DNA of 31,349 bases, taken from NCBI GenBank assembly GCA_050633305.1, contig JBOEGF010000027.1, positions 1 to 31,349 on the forward strand. Direction: 5' to 3'. Each line of letters starts with the position of its first letter. The stretch's first letter is position 1. Of the stretch, positions 17,218-25,405 are shown in pieces. Source of the DNA: Nannocystales bacterium (GTDB taxonomy: Bacteria > Myxococcota_A > Polyangia > Nannocystales > Nannocystaceae). Position numbers and translations under genes: made by a program. The notes below the pieces were generated by a model that saw only the letters and a list, made by a program, of their open reading frames with translations, was not told the DNA's origin and did no database searches.

Positions 17218-18144
17218 GTGCCTGAAGACGAAGGAAAATACCGGATCAATGTCGTGGCGCAGAAGACCGGCATCTCAGCCGCGACTCTCAGGGCCTGGGA
17301 GCGAAGGTACGGGATTCCCGTGCCGCGTAGGACAGAATCGTCCTACCGCGTGTACAGCGACGACGACGTCGCGCTCATCGAGCGTGTCCGATCGCTGTGC
17401 AGTGACGGGATGTCTCCCAGCGAAGCAGCCAAGGTCGTGCTCTCAGAGGCAAGCCAGCCCATCGAACACGTGCACCTCGGCGACCCCTACGAACAGGTAC
17501 GGGACCAGATCATTCACGCGGTGGAGACGTTCGACCCCGACGGCATCGAAATGTCGGTCAACCGCGCCCTCACGCTGGGTTCAGCATCCGTCATCTGCGA
17601 GCAAGTCATCGTCCCGGTGATGTTCAAGATCGGTCAGCTGTGGCACTCGGGCGACATCACAGTCGCCCAGGAGCACATCGCGACCCAGCTGCTCGAGACC
17701 ACCGCGCGCAAACTCATCGGACTCATGCAGCCGCCGCCTGGATCCCGACGAGTCCTGCTCGCGTGTTTTGCCGAGGACGAACACGCCCTTCCTCTGTACG
17801 GCATCGCGTTGCACCTGGCACAAGCGTCGTTCCGCACGTTGATCCTGGGAGCTCGGACACCCCCTGCAGCCATCCGGCAGTCCGTACAGCACCTCAAGCC
17901 CGCGTGCGTAGGGCTCTCCGTGACACTCGCCCCTCCCCCTCACCGGGCTCGCGAACTCGTCGACGCTTACGCGGATGGATGCGGAAACACGCCATGGGTC
18001 GTGGGAGGACAGGGCTCAGAAGCTCTCGCGCCGCTCGTGCAGGAACGGGGCGGCTTGGTCGTTCCACACGACGACGTCAGGCAGACGATCCGAAACATCG
18101 AAACGCTGATCGCACGAAGCCGACGCGGCACAAAAACCCACTAG
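17218..18144 (+). CDS. carH: MerR-type adenosylcobalamin-dependent photoreceptor/repressor CarH (LitR family), 308 aa
   Basis: wHTH LRAWERRYG; W-x9-EH motif (WHSGDITVAQEH); B12 motif DEHALP...GLSVT...VVGG. GTG start at 17218, divergent from crtI. Confidence 0.88.
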   Translation: MPEDEGKYRINVVAQKTGISAATLRAWERRYGIPVPRRTESSYRVYSDDDVALIERVRSLCSDGMSPSEAAKVVLSEASQPIEHVHLGDPYEQVRDQIIHAVETFDPDGIEMSVNRALTLGSASVICEQVIVPVMFKIGQLWHSGDITVAQEHIATQLLETTARKLIGLMQPPPGSRRVLLACFAEDEHALPLYGIALHLAQASFRTLILGARTPPAAIRQSVQHLKPACVGLSVTLAPPPHRARELVDAYADGCGNTPWVVGGQGSEALAPLVQERGGLVVPHDDVRQTIRNIETLIARSRRGTKTH

Positions 18145-18248
18145 TCCAAGCTCCCGACCCTGCCCGGAACAAGTGCCCGGTCTGCGTGCGGGAGGAGAAC
18201 CTTCGGGGTCCTCACGGACCCCTATGACGACCCGAAAGGACCGCATTC

Positions 18249-18923
18249 GTGAGCCTGCTAACTCTCGCCGTGCTCTCTGCCCTACCCCTCTTCACCGACC
18301 CCCTGGCCACGATGGCCACGCAGTCCGTCGACGGCCAGCTCTGGGCTGGGCATCAAGTCAGCTTTGGCAAACGCGACGTGCCGTTCAAGGGAGAGGTACG
18401 AACCCGTACGGACACATGGACCGTCGCCCGCGTCCGACATGACGACGACCGGATTACCCTCTCCCAGGAGGCGTGCATGGTCGTCATTCAGCCCGTCGCA
18501 GGGGTCAAGGTGCGAATGGACGCACGCGCGCTGCCAGCGAACGAGTTTGGATTCTCGTCCAACGGCGTCGACCTCAAGGGGACCTCCGAAGTCTCCTGGT
18601 CGCGCGAGGACGTCGATGGCGACGGACACCCGGGAATGACCGTGCACGTCGACTCCTCGGTCTGCAGTGGTGACCTCTACGTCGCCAACCGGTCGCGCAC
18701 GCGGGCTCGGGCTGAGCTCACCAGTGATGCGCTACGGGGCAACGCCCGGGTCACCGTGGACCAAGAGGTGCTCGGTGCCAAAGGGGCTTGCCTCTCCGTC
18801 GTCGCCAGTGACACCCACGAGGTCGTCACCGGGCCATTCGCCTACGCTCCGGTCGCGGCGACGGCGACGTGCCGCTCGCTCATGCAGAGCGGTTGGCCGA
18901 TCGACGCCGCCGAACCAGGCTGA
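18249..18923 (+). CDS. hypothetical exported protein
   Basis: Hydrophobic N-terminus, beta-strand-like pattern, four Cys and a DVDGDG motif. No family recognised. Confidence 0.65.
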   Translation: MSLLTLAVLSALPLFTDPLATMATQSVDGQLWAGHQVSFGKRDVPFKGEVRTRTDTWTVARVRHDDDRITLSQEACMVVIQPVAGVKVRMDARALPANEFGFSSNGVDLKGTSEVSWSREDVDGDGHPGMTVHVDSSVCSGDLYVANRSRTRARAELTSDALRGNARVTVDQEVLGAKGACLSVVASDTHEVVTGPFAYAPVAATATCRSLMQSGWPIDAAEPG

Positions 18924-18973
18924 GAACACCAGTCGTTGGGCGCACAGGTTCGGGGCTGCTACCGTTGCTGAAG

Positions 18974-20407
18974 ATGCGCTCGCAAATCGTGGCAGCCCTG
19001 TGCATGGTCATGGTCGGCTGTTCCGCGCCGGACGGACCCGCACCAAGCCCCGCCTCGGTGGAGCAACCGGCGCCGGCTCCCGCCGAGAACTCAAAGACAG
19101 CCGCGCCGAAACCCAAAGCGCCGAGCGTTGGCCCGGAGCCCTCGGCGGCGGTCGTGGTCGCCGAGGCGACGGCCGCACACACGGCGGTGCAGTCCGTCAT
19201 GCACGGGGAAGCCCTCGCCGCGCACGACAACGTCCACTTCACCCCCATCGAAGATCCCTCGGGTCGCGCCCTGCATGCGTTTCACGCCGCGCTCCGCGAC
19301 CTCGAGGGCCAGCCCACCGAGGGCAAGAAGGTTCGCGTCGCGTTCTACGGAGCCAGCAGCGTCGCGGCCGATCGCTACCCCGGCTACCTCCGAGGCTACC
19401 TGCAGCAGCGCTTCGGCGACGGTGGCGTCGGATTCGTCACCTTGGTGCCCCTGTGGCGCTGGCATCGACACGACGCGGTCCGCCTCGACGCCAACAAGCA
19501 CTGGAAGATCGAGCACGGCCAACGCAAAGAGGGAAAGCTCGACGGCTACTACGGACTCCTCGGAGCGTCCGCTCACAGCACGCACAAGCGCGCTCGCACC
19601 ACCCTGTACGCCAAGACATCTGCCGTCTCGAGCATCAAAGACAGCGACAGCTTCGCGATCCAGCTGCTCGAGCAACCCGACGGTGGCTCGTTCTCGGTCA
19701 AGTTCGGCAAAGGAAAAACCGCGAGTTCCGTGTCGGTGTCGACCGCCGCCGACGCGTTTGCCCTGAAGACCGTACCAGTCCCCCTGCCCGACACGTTCAC
19801 CTCGATGACGGTCCAGGTCGCCAGCGACGCCGAGGTCCGCCTCATGGGCGGGATCTTCGAACGCGACCAGCCGGGCGTGGTCGTCGACGCGCTGGGGATC
19901 GGCGGGACCCGGTCGGCCAACCTCGTCAACTGGGATGTGCCCACGTGGTCGGCCGCGCTCCGGGCACGGGCGCCTTCCTTGTACGTGCTCGCCTACGGCG
20001 CCAACGAGTCCGTCGACGAGGACGAACCCATCGGAGTCTATCGAGAGAACCTAGAGGCCGTCCTCGACCGATTCGCTGCTGCCGTGCCCGATGCGAGCTG
20101 CGTCCTGGTGGGGCCCGTCGACTACCCCCTCAAAGACGAGGAGACGCAGACGTGGGGAGCGCGACCCCGGGTCCGCGAAATCCTGGCCACGCAACGCGAG
20201 GTTGCGGCACAGCGTGGTTGTGGGTTCTTCGACACGTCGAAGTTGACCGGCGGACTCGGCACCATGCCTGACTGGGTCGCAGCGGAGCCACAACTTGCCA
20301 AGGGCGACCACCTGCACCTCACCCCCCTGGGCTATACGCACTTTGGGCGGGTACTCAGCGACGCGCTGATGGCCGACTTCGATGGACCACCGAGGGTCGC
20401 GCCGTGA
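18974..20407 (+). CDS. SGNH/GDSL-family lipoprotein (PatB-like O-acetyltransferase/esterase architecture)
   Basis: Lipobox VMVGC, Pro/Ala linker, block I FYGASS, RFGDGGVGF, block II DALGIGG, block III AYGANE and block V DHLH. Confidence 0.8.
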   Translation: MRSQIVAALCMVMVGCSAPDGPAPSPASVEQPAPAPAENSKTAAPKPKAPSVGPEPSAAVVVAEATAAHTAVQSVMHGEALAAHDNVHFTPIEDPSGRALHAFHAALRDLEGQPTEGKKVRVAFYGASSVAADRYPGYLRGYLQQRFGDGGVGFVTLVPLWRWHRHDAVRLDANKHWKIEHGQRKEGKLDGYYGLLGASAHSTHKRARTTLYAKTSAVSSIKDSDSFAIQLLEQPDGGSFSVKFGKGKTASSVSVSTAADAFALKTVPVPLPDTFTSMTVQVASDAEVRLMGGIFERDQPGVVVDALGIGGTRSANLVNWDVPTWSAALRARAPSLYVLAYGANESVDEDEPIGVYRENLEAVLDRFAAAVPDASCVLVGPVDYPLKDEETQTWGARPRVREILATQREVAAQRGCGFFDTSKLTGGLGTMPDWVAAEPQLAKGDHLHLTPLGYTHFGRVLSDALMADFDGPPRVAP

Positions 20408-20464
20408 GGCTCGGGGTTGGGCGACAGCATTTGCACACCCGCTCCGAGCAGGCATAGTGCGGCC

Positions 20465-21622
20465 ATGAAACGCACGCTCTTGGTCGCGATGCTCGCCACC
20501 CTCACGTTCGCCGCAGGCTGCGACGACGGAACATCGGACAAGGCGAAAGACGGCAAGGCAAAAGACGGCAAGGACACGAAAGCCAAGCCCGACGCCAAGG
20601 CGAAAGGCGACGCCAAACCCGAAGCCAACCCCCCCGCCGCCGACGAGGCGCCCGCTTGGGCTTGGAAGCTTCCCGCAGGGATCACCGCTGCCCCCGAAGT
20701 CCCGACCGACAACCCCATGACCGCGGAGAAGGTCGCCTTGGGGCACAAGTTGTTCATGGACAAGCGACTGAGTGCGGACGGATCGCGCAGCTGCTACAGC
20801 TGCCACCAAAACCAGCACGGCGCCGCCGATGGCCGGAAGACCGCGCTCGGGGCCAAGGCCAAGCCCCTGTCCCGAAACTCCCCCACGATCTGGAACGTGG
20901 CGCTCCACAAGGAGTTCTACTGGGACGGCCGAGCTCCTTCACTCGAGAAGCAGGCCATCGGTGCGCTCAAAGGCGGCAACATGGGCTTGGGTGACACGCT
21001 GGCCGACAAGGCGGCCGAGGTGGGAGCCCTGCCCGAGTACAAGGATGCGTTCGCCAAGGTGTTCGCGCTGGCCGAAGGCGCAAAGATCGAGCCCGACCAT
21101 GTGGCCAAGGCGTTGTCCGCATACGAGCGCACGTTGCTGTGCGGCGACACCGGCTACGACAAGCAAGAACTCTCCGAGTCTCAGAAGCGTGGCCAAACGC
21201 TCTTCATGGGCAAGGGCAGCTGCATGACCTGCCACAACGGGGCGAACTTCAGCGACGGCATCTATCACGTGACCGGCATCGGCATCGACGTGAAGGATGA
21301 GAAGGCCGACGTCGGTCGCTTCAAGGTCTCGCAAGACCCCGCACAGAAGTACGCCTTCAAGACCCCGACTCTGCGCAACGTCTCGAAGACCGGCCCCTAC
21401 TTTCACGACGGCAGCACCGAGTCACTCGAGGACGCCATCAAGCTGATGGCCGGCGGCGGGAACCCACAGGATGGCCTCACCGTCGATCCGCTCCTCCTCG
21501 ACCGCAAGCTGACCGACGAAGAGGTCAAGGACATCGCCGCCTTCTTGGGCGCCACCGCGTGCCCCGGAGAGCTCGAGGTCATCGGCGACCAAACCGCCGA
21601 GGGCATCGCCCCGCCCGCGTAG
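20465..21622 (+). CDS. diheme cytochrome c peroxidase (bCcP/MauG family) lipoprotein
   Basis: Lipobox FAAGC; PTDNPMTAEKVALGHKLFMDKRLS, CYSCH, RNSPTIWN, FYWDGRA, CMTCH and FKTPTLRNV...PYFHDGS; Met in LEDAIKLM at the expected distal-ligand region. Confidence 0.9.
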   Translation: MKRTLLVAMLATLTFAAGCDDGTSDKAKDGKAKDGKDTKAKPDAKAKGDAKPEANPPAADEAPAWAWKLPAGITAAPEVPTDNPMTAEKVALGHKLFMDKRLSADGSRSCYSCHQNQHGAADGRKTALGAKAKPLSRNSPTIWNVALHKEFYWDGRAPSLEKQAIGALKGGNMGLGDTLADKAAEVGALPEYKDAFAKVFALAEGAKIEPDHVAKALSAYERTLLCGDTGYDKQELSESQKRGQTLFMGKGSCMTCHNGANFSDGIYHVTGIGIDVKDEKADVGRFKVSQDPAQKYAFKTPTLRNVSKTGPYFHDGSTESLEDAIKLMAGGGNPQDGLTVDPLLLDRKLTDEEVKDIAAFLGATACPGELEVIGDQTAEGIAPPA

Positions 21623-21630
21623 CGGTTCGC

Positions 21631-21800
21631 TACGAGAGCACAGCTCATGACCTCGACGCCGGCTCGCGACGGATTTGGGCCCGATGGCTAGGAGCGGAGC
21701 CGCCGCTGTACCGGGGTACCGCAAGGTTTCGCGACAACGCCATCGAGCCCAAAGACCAGCGAGGCGGGGTGGCGAGGTCATGAGCAGTGCTCTAGACGTA
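21631..21800. repeat. ~170 nt nested inverted-repeat element (MITE/REP-like or structured ncRNA)
   Basis: 21635-21655 pairs with 21773-21793 (20/21); 21663-21667 with 21759-21763; 21674-21688 with 21739-21753 (14/15); 21694-21701 with 21725-21732 (G-U pairs); apical GTAC-CGGG-GTAC. Confidence 0.75.
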
Positions 21801-21802
21801 CG

Positions 21803-21840
21803 AAAGGCCGGGCCCCCGTTGTGGGAGCTCGGCCTTTGTT
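21803..21840. terminator. probable bidirectional intrinsic terminator
   Basis: AAAGGCCGGGCCCCC-GTTGT-GGGAGCTCGGCCTTT-GTT hairpin with short T-runs on both strands, between convergent genes. Confidence 0.7.
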
Positions 21841-21859
21841 CTGCGAACGCCGCGGCTGA

Positions 21860-22678
21860 CTACGTGTCGTCGGTGTCGAGGTCGGAGAGGTCGACCGAGT
21901 GCTGAGACACTTCATCGTCCTCGGACTCGAGTCGCGCGGACTGCTCGGCCCCTTCTTCCTGGGGGAACTCCATCTGCGGAAGGGGCCCGGCGCTGGACGC
22001 CTCTTTCACACGCTCCGCAGCCTCCTGATCGGTCGCGGTCTGGGTGCTCAACAGCGCCGCCTTCCACTCCGGCACGTGCTCGTTGCCATCTGGGGGACCG
22101 AAAGACGTCGTTTCGCCGGAGTCCTCGCCCTCGGCGGTCGCGGCGTTGCCCTCAGACTCGGGCGGAGTCTCGACAGCGGGGGGCCCCGGAGGCATGGGAG
22201 CCGGGGCGGAGGCGGTTGAGACCGCGTCGCCAGCCTCATCCCCGGACTCTTCGTCGTCGCCCCCGTCGTCCTCGACCATCTCGAGTTCCTCCATGTCGAG
22301 CTCTTCGATCTCCTCGACATCGAGTTCATCGGTCGGCACGGCCGGCGTGGCAACCGGGATCGGGGGGAGCGGCGCCGCGTTGGAGGCCTCCCGGCGAGCC
22401 GCGAGCGCGACCTGTTCCACGCGCAAGGCCTCAGCCTGAGCGTCGGTGTCGGTGTCGGACGGAGCTCGAGCCTCGGTCGGCGCGGGAGTTTCGGATGCAA
22501 CAGCAGCGGACTCTTCGGCCGCCCCCGCCTCGCCCCCGGCGCCCAACAACGGGCCGAGCTCACCATCCTGCTCAATCTCGGGCACCAGCTCGGCGGCGCG
22601 CTCCCGGGCCCAGCCCATCAGCGCATCGACGTCTTCGTGGCCCTCACGGGCAAGGAGGTCTTCGAGGTCTTCGCTCAT
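21860..22678 (-). CDS. hypothetical highly acidic, Pro/Ala-rich protein (272 aa)
   Basis: ATG overlaps the alaS stop (ATGA); Glu/Asp-rich low-complexity sequence; ends just before the terminator. Confidence 0.75.
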   Translation of the reverse strand: MSEDLEDLLAREGHEDVDALMGWARERAAELVPEIEQDGELGPLLGAGGEAGAAEESAAVASETPAPTEARAPSDTDTDAQAEALRVEQVALAARREASNAAPLPPIPVATPAVPTDELDVEEIEELDMEELEMVEDDGGDDEESGDEAGDAVSTASAPAPMPPGPPAVETPPESEGNAATAEGEDSGETTSFGPPDGNEHVPEWKAALLSTQTATDQEAAERVKEASSAGPLPQMEFPQEEGAEQSARLESEDDEVSQHSVDLSDLDTDDT

Positions 22679-25326
22679 TGCAGCATCGCTCCCAGGGCTT
22701 CAGTCGCGGCACCCAGCGCCGCATCGAGACCGGCCACATTGGACCCGCCCGCCTGCGCAAAGTCGGGCCGCCCGCCACCACGACCATCGACGTGTTGGGC
22801 AAGCGCGCCGACGAGTTTCCCGGCGTGGACCTTGTCGGTCAGGTCCTTGGTGACCGCGACGAGGATGGTCGCCTTGCCGCCCGTATCCGCGGCCAGTACG
22901 ACCACGCCAGTCCCCAATCGGTCGCGCAACGTGTCCGCCGCCGCACGCAGGGCCTTTCCGTCTGCGATGGCGACCTTGCGCGCCATCAACTTCACCCCCG
23001 AGACCTCCGAGACCTCCGCTTCGTCCCCACCGCCACCGGTCGCCAGCTTCTGGTTGAGCTGCTCGATCGTGCGGTCCTTGGCCTTGAGGTCGCCTTGGAG
23101 CTTCTCGATCCGACCGGGAAGATCCTGCGGGGCACCGGCATGAACCTGCCCCATCGAGGCATGCAACACCTCGCGCATCGACTGCACATGGTGCACCGCG
23201 TTCATCCCGGTGACCGCCTCCATTCGGCGAACCCCCTGCGCGATGCCGGTCTCGGTCGTGATCGAGAAAAGCCCGATGTCCCCCGCACGCTGGACATGGG
23301 TTCCACCGCAGAGTTCGAGACTGTCGGTCCCGATCCGCACCACCCGGACCTCGTCACCGTATTTGTCCCCGAACAAGCCGATCGCGCCGGCCTCGCCCGC
23401 GTCTGCGGGGCTCATCACCTGGGTGATCGAGTCCGCGTTGCTCAACACCAGTGCGTTGACCCGTCGCTCGATCTGAGCAGTCTCCTCAGCGGTGACCGGC
23501 GCCCGGTGGCTGAAGTCGAACCGGAGCTTGTCCGGGTCGACGAGCGAGCCCTTCTGCACGACGTGGTCGCCCAGCACTTCGCGGAGCGCGAGATGCAGTA
23601 GGTGGGTCGCGCTGTGGTTGCGACGGATGTTGTCTCGCCGGGCGACATCGACCTGAATCTCGAGGCGGTCCCCCACCTTCAAGGAGCCCTGCGCCACCGT
23701 TCCGGCGTGCACGTGCATGCCTCCGACTTTCTTGAGCACGCCCGCCACATCGACACGAACGTCCGACGCCGACAGGGTGCCCGTATCGCCGACCTGGCCG
23801 CCGCTCTCGGCGTACATCGGTGTCTCGCTGAGGACGACCTCGACGGCATCGCCCGCGGCGACAGACTCGACGGACTCCCCGCCCTTGATGAGCGCGATGA
23901 CACGCCCGCTGCCTTCGGTCGCCGCGTACCCGGTGAAGCTCGAGTCGCCATGCGCCTCGTGCAGGGCGAAGTAGACATCCGCGACGGTGCTGTGTGCCCC
24001 CCCCTCGGACACCTTCCCGCCGGACTGCCGCTTCTTCACCGCTGCATCCGCGGCGTCCTCGTCGAGCGTAAACCCATGCTCCGCAACCATGATCCCAGTG
24101 AGATCGATGGGAAAGCCGTAGGTGTCGTAGAGGTCCGCGGCCGTGTCGGGGTCGAGCGCTTCGCCAGCTTTCAGGTCCCCCATTCGGCCCGTCAACAGGC
24201 GGGTACCACGGGCGAGCGTGCGCCGGAACGACTCTTCCTCGGCCTTCACGACCTCCTCGATCGTGGCTGCGCGGGCGACGAGTGCGGGGTTCTGCTCCCC
24301 AAACATCTCGACGACCTTTGCTGTGACCTTGTGAAAGAACGGCTCATCGAGGCCGAGGTCCGCGCCATGTCGAATGGCGCGCCGCATGATCCGGCGAAGC
24401 ACGTACTCGCGCTCCTTCTTGTCCGGAAACACCCCGTCGGCGATCAGGAACGCGCTGGCACGAGCGTGGTCGGCGATGACCCGGTACGGCGCCTCCCCCT
24501 TGCTGTCGTTGCCGTGCGCGAGCTCTTTGCCCAGATCGACCAGCGGAGAGAGCAAGATGGACCCGTAGTTGCTGTCGTGACCACCGACCACAGCGGCCAC
24601 CCGCTCGAGACCCGACCCGGTGTCGATGCTGGGCTTGGGCAACTCGGACATCGGCCGGTCCTTGTGCCGCTCGTACTGCATGAACACCAGGTTCCACAGC
24701 TCGAGGTAGATGCCGTCTTCGAACTCGGGACCCTTGCCGGGTGTACCGGCCAAGCCAGGCGCAGCGCCATCGTTGTAGATGTGGATCTCCGAGCACGGAC
24801 CACACGGACCGGTGTCGCCCATCGACCAGAAGTTGTCGGCAGCCGCCGCCTTGTAGATACGGTCCTTGGGCAGGAAGCGTGTCCACATCTCATACGCCTC
24901 GGTGTCCTCGGGCGCGTTCTCGCCTTCGCCGCTGAACACGGTGACGACCAGCCGAGCGGGATCGATGGACAGCGTCTGGGTGAGGAACTGCCAGCCAAAC
25001 TCGATCGCGTCGGCCTTGAAGTAGTCCCCGAACGAGAAGTTGCCGAGCATCTCGAACAGCGTGTGGTGACGCGGTGTGAACCCGACGTTGTCGAGGTCAT
25101 TGTGCTTGCCGCCCGCACGCAGACAGCGTTGCACCGTGACCGCGCGCTCGTACGGCCGCGTCTCACGACCGGTGAACACATCCTTGAACTGGTTCATCCC
25201 TGCGTTGACGAACAGCAGGGACTTGTCGTTGTGGGGAACCAGCGAGCTGCTGGGGACGTGCGTATGACCGCGTTCGGCGAAGAAGTCGACGAAGCGCTGC
25301 CGGACTTCAGGGGCAGAAGGACTCAT
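22675..25326 (-). CDS. alaS: alanine--tRNA ligase
   Basis: LLFVNAGMNQFK, HHTLFEMLGNFSFGDYFK, GPCGPCSEI, IDTGSGLER, editing domain NHSATHLLH...ELCGGTHV, C-terminal GRGGGRPDFAQAGG. Confidence 0.98.
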   Translation of the reverse strand: MSPSAPEVRQRFVDFFAERGHTHVPSSSLVPHNDKSLLFVNAGMNQFKDVFTGRETRPYERAVTVQRCLRAGGKHNDLDNVGFTPRHHTLFEMLGNFSFGDYFKADAIEFGWQFLTQTLSIDPARLVVTVFSGEGENAPEDTEAYEMWTRFLPKDRIYKAAAADNFWSMGDTGPCGPCSEIHIYNDGAAPGLAGTPGKGPEFEDGIYLELWNLVFMQYERHKDRPMSELPKPSIDTGSGLERVAAVVGGHDSNYGSILLSPLVDLGKELAHGNDSKGEAPYRVIADHARASAFLIADGVFPDKKEREYVLRRIMRRAIRHGADLGLDEPFFHKVTAKVVEMFGEQNPALVARAATIEEVVKAEEESFRRTLARGTRLLTGRMGDLKAGEALDPDTAADLYDTYGFPIDLTGIMVAEHGFTLDEDAADAAVKKRQSGGKVSEGGAHSTVADVYFALHEAHGDSSFTGYAATEGSGRVIALIKGGESVESVAAGDAVEVVLSETPMYAESGGQVGDTGTLSASDVRVDVAGVLKKVGGMHVHAGTVAQGSLKVGDRLEIQVDVARRDNIRRNHSATHLLHLALREVLGDHVVQKGSLVDPDKLRFDFSHRAPVTAEETAQIERRVNALVLSNADSITQVMSPADAGEAGAIGLFGDKYGDEVRVVRIGTDSLELCGGTHVQRAGDIGLFSITTETGIAQGVRRMEAVTGMNAVHHVQSMREVLHASMGQVHAGAPQDLPGRIEKLQGDLKAKDRTIEQLNQKLATGGGGDEAEVSEVSGVKLMARKVAIADGKALRAAADTLRDRLGTGVVVLAADTGGKATILVAVTKDLTDKVHAGKLVGALAQHVDGRGGGRPDFAQAGGSNVAGLDAALGAATEALGAMLQ

Positions 25327-25405
25327 GACTAGAACACTCGTGGGGAATTGAAGAATCGTTGGCGGGGGCCCGGCGAACCCGAACCCCACTTCCGGGCGCG
25401 GGCGA

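Noticed and set aside
17136..18248. Cobalamin riboswitch near carH
   Set aside because: The intergenic spaces are short and no B12-box consensus was seen.
25327..25405. T-box or other leader element upstream of alaS
   Set aside because: Only 79 bp, with no T-box consensus; just a weak GTGGGG/CCCCAC pairing.
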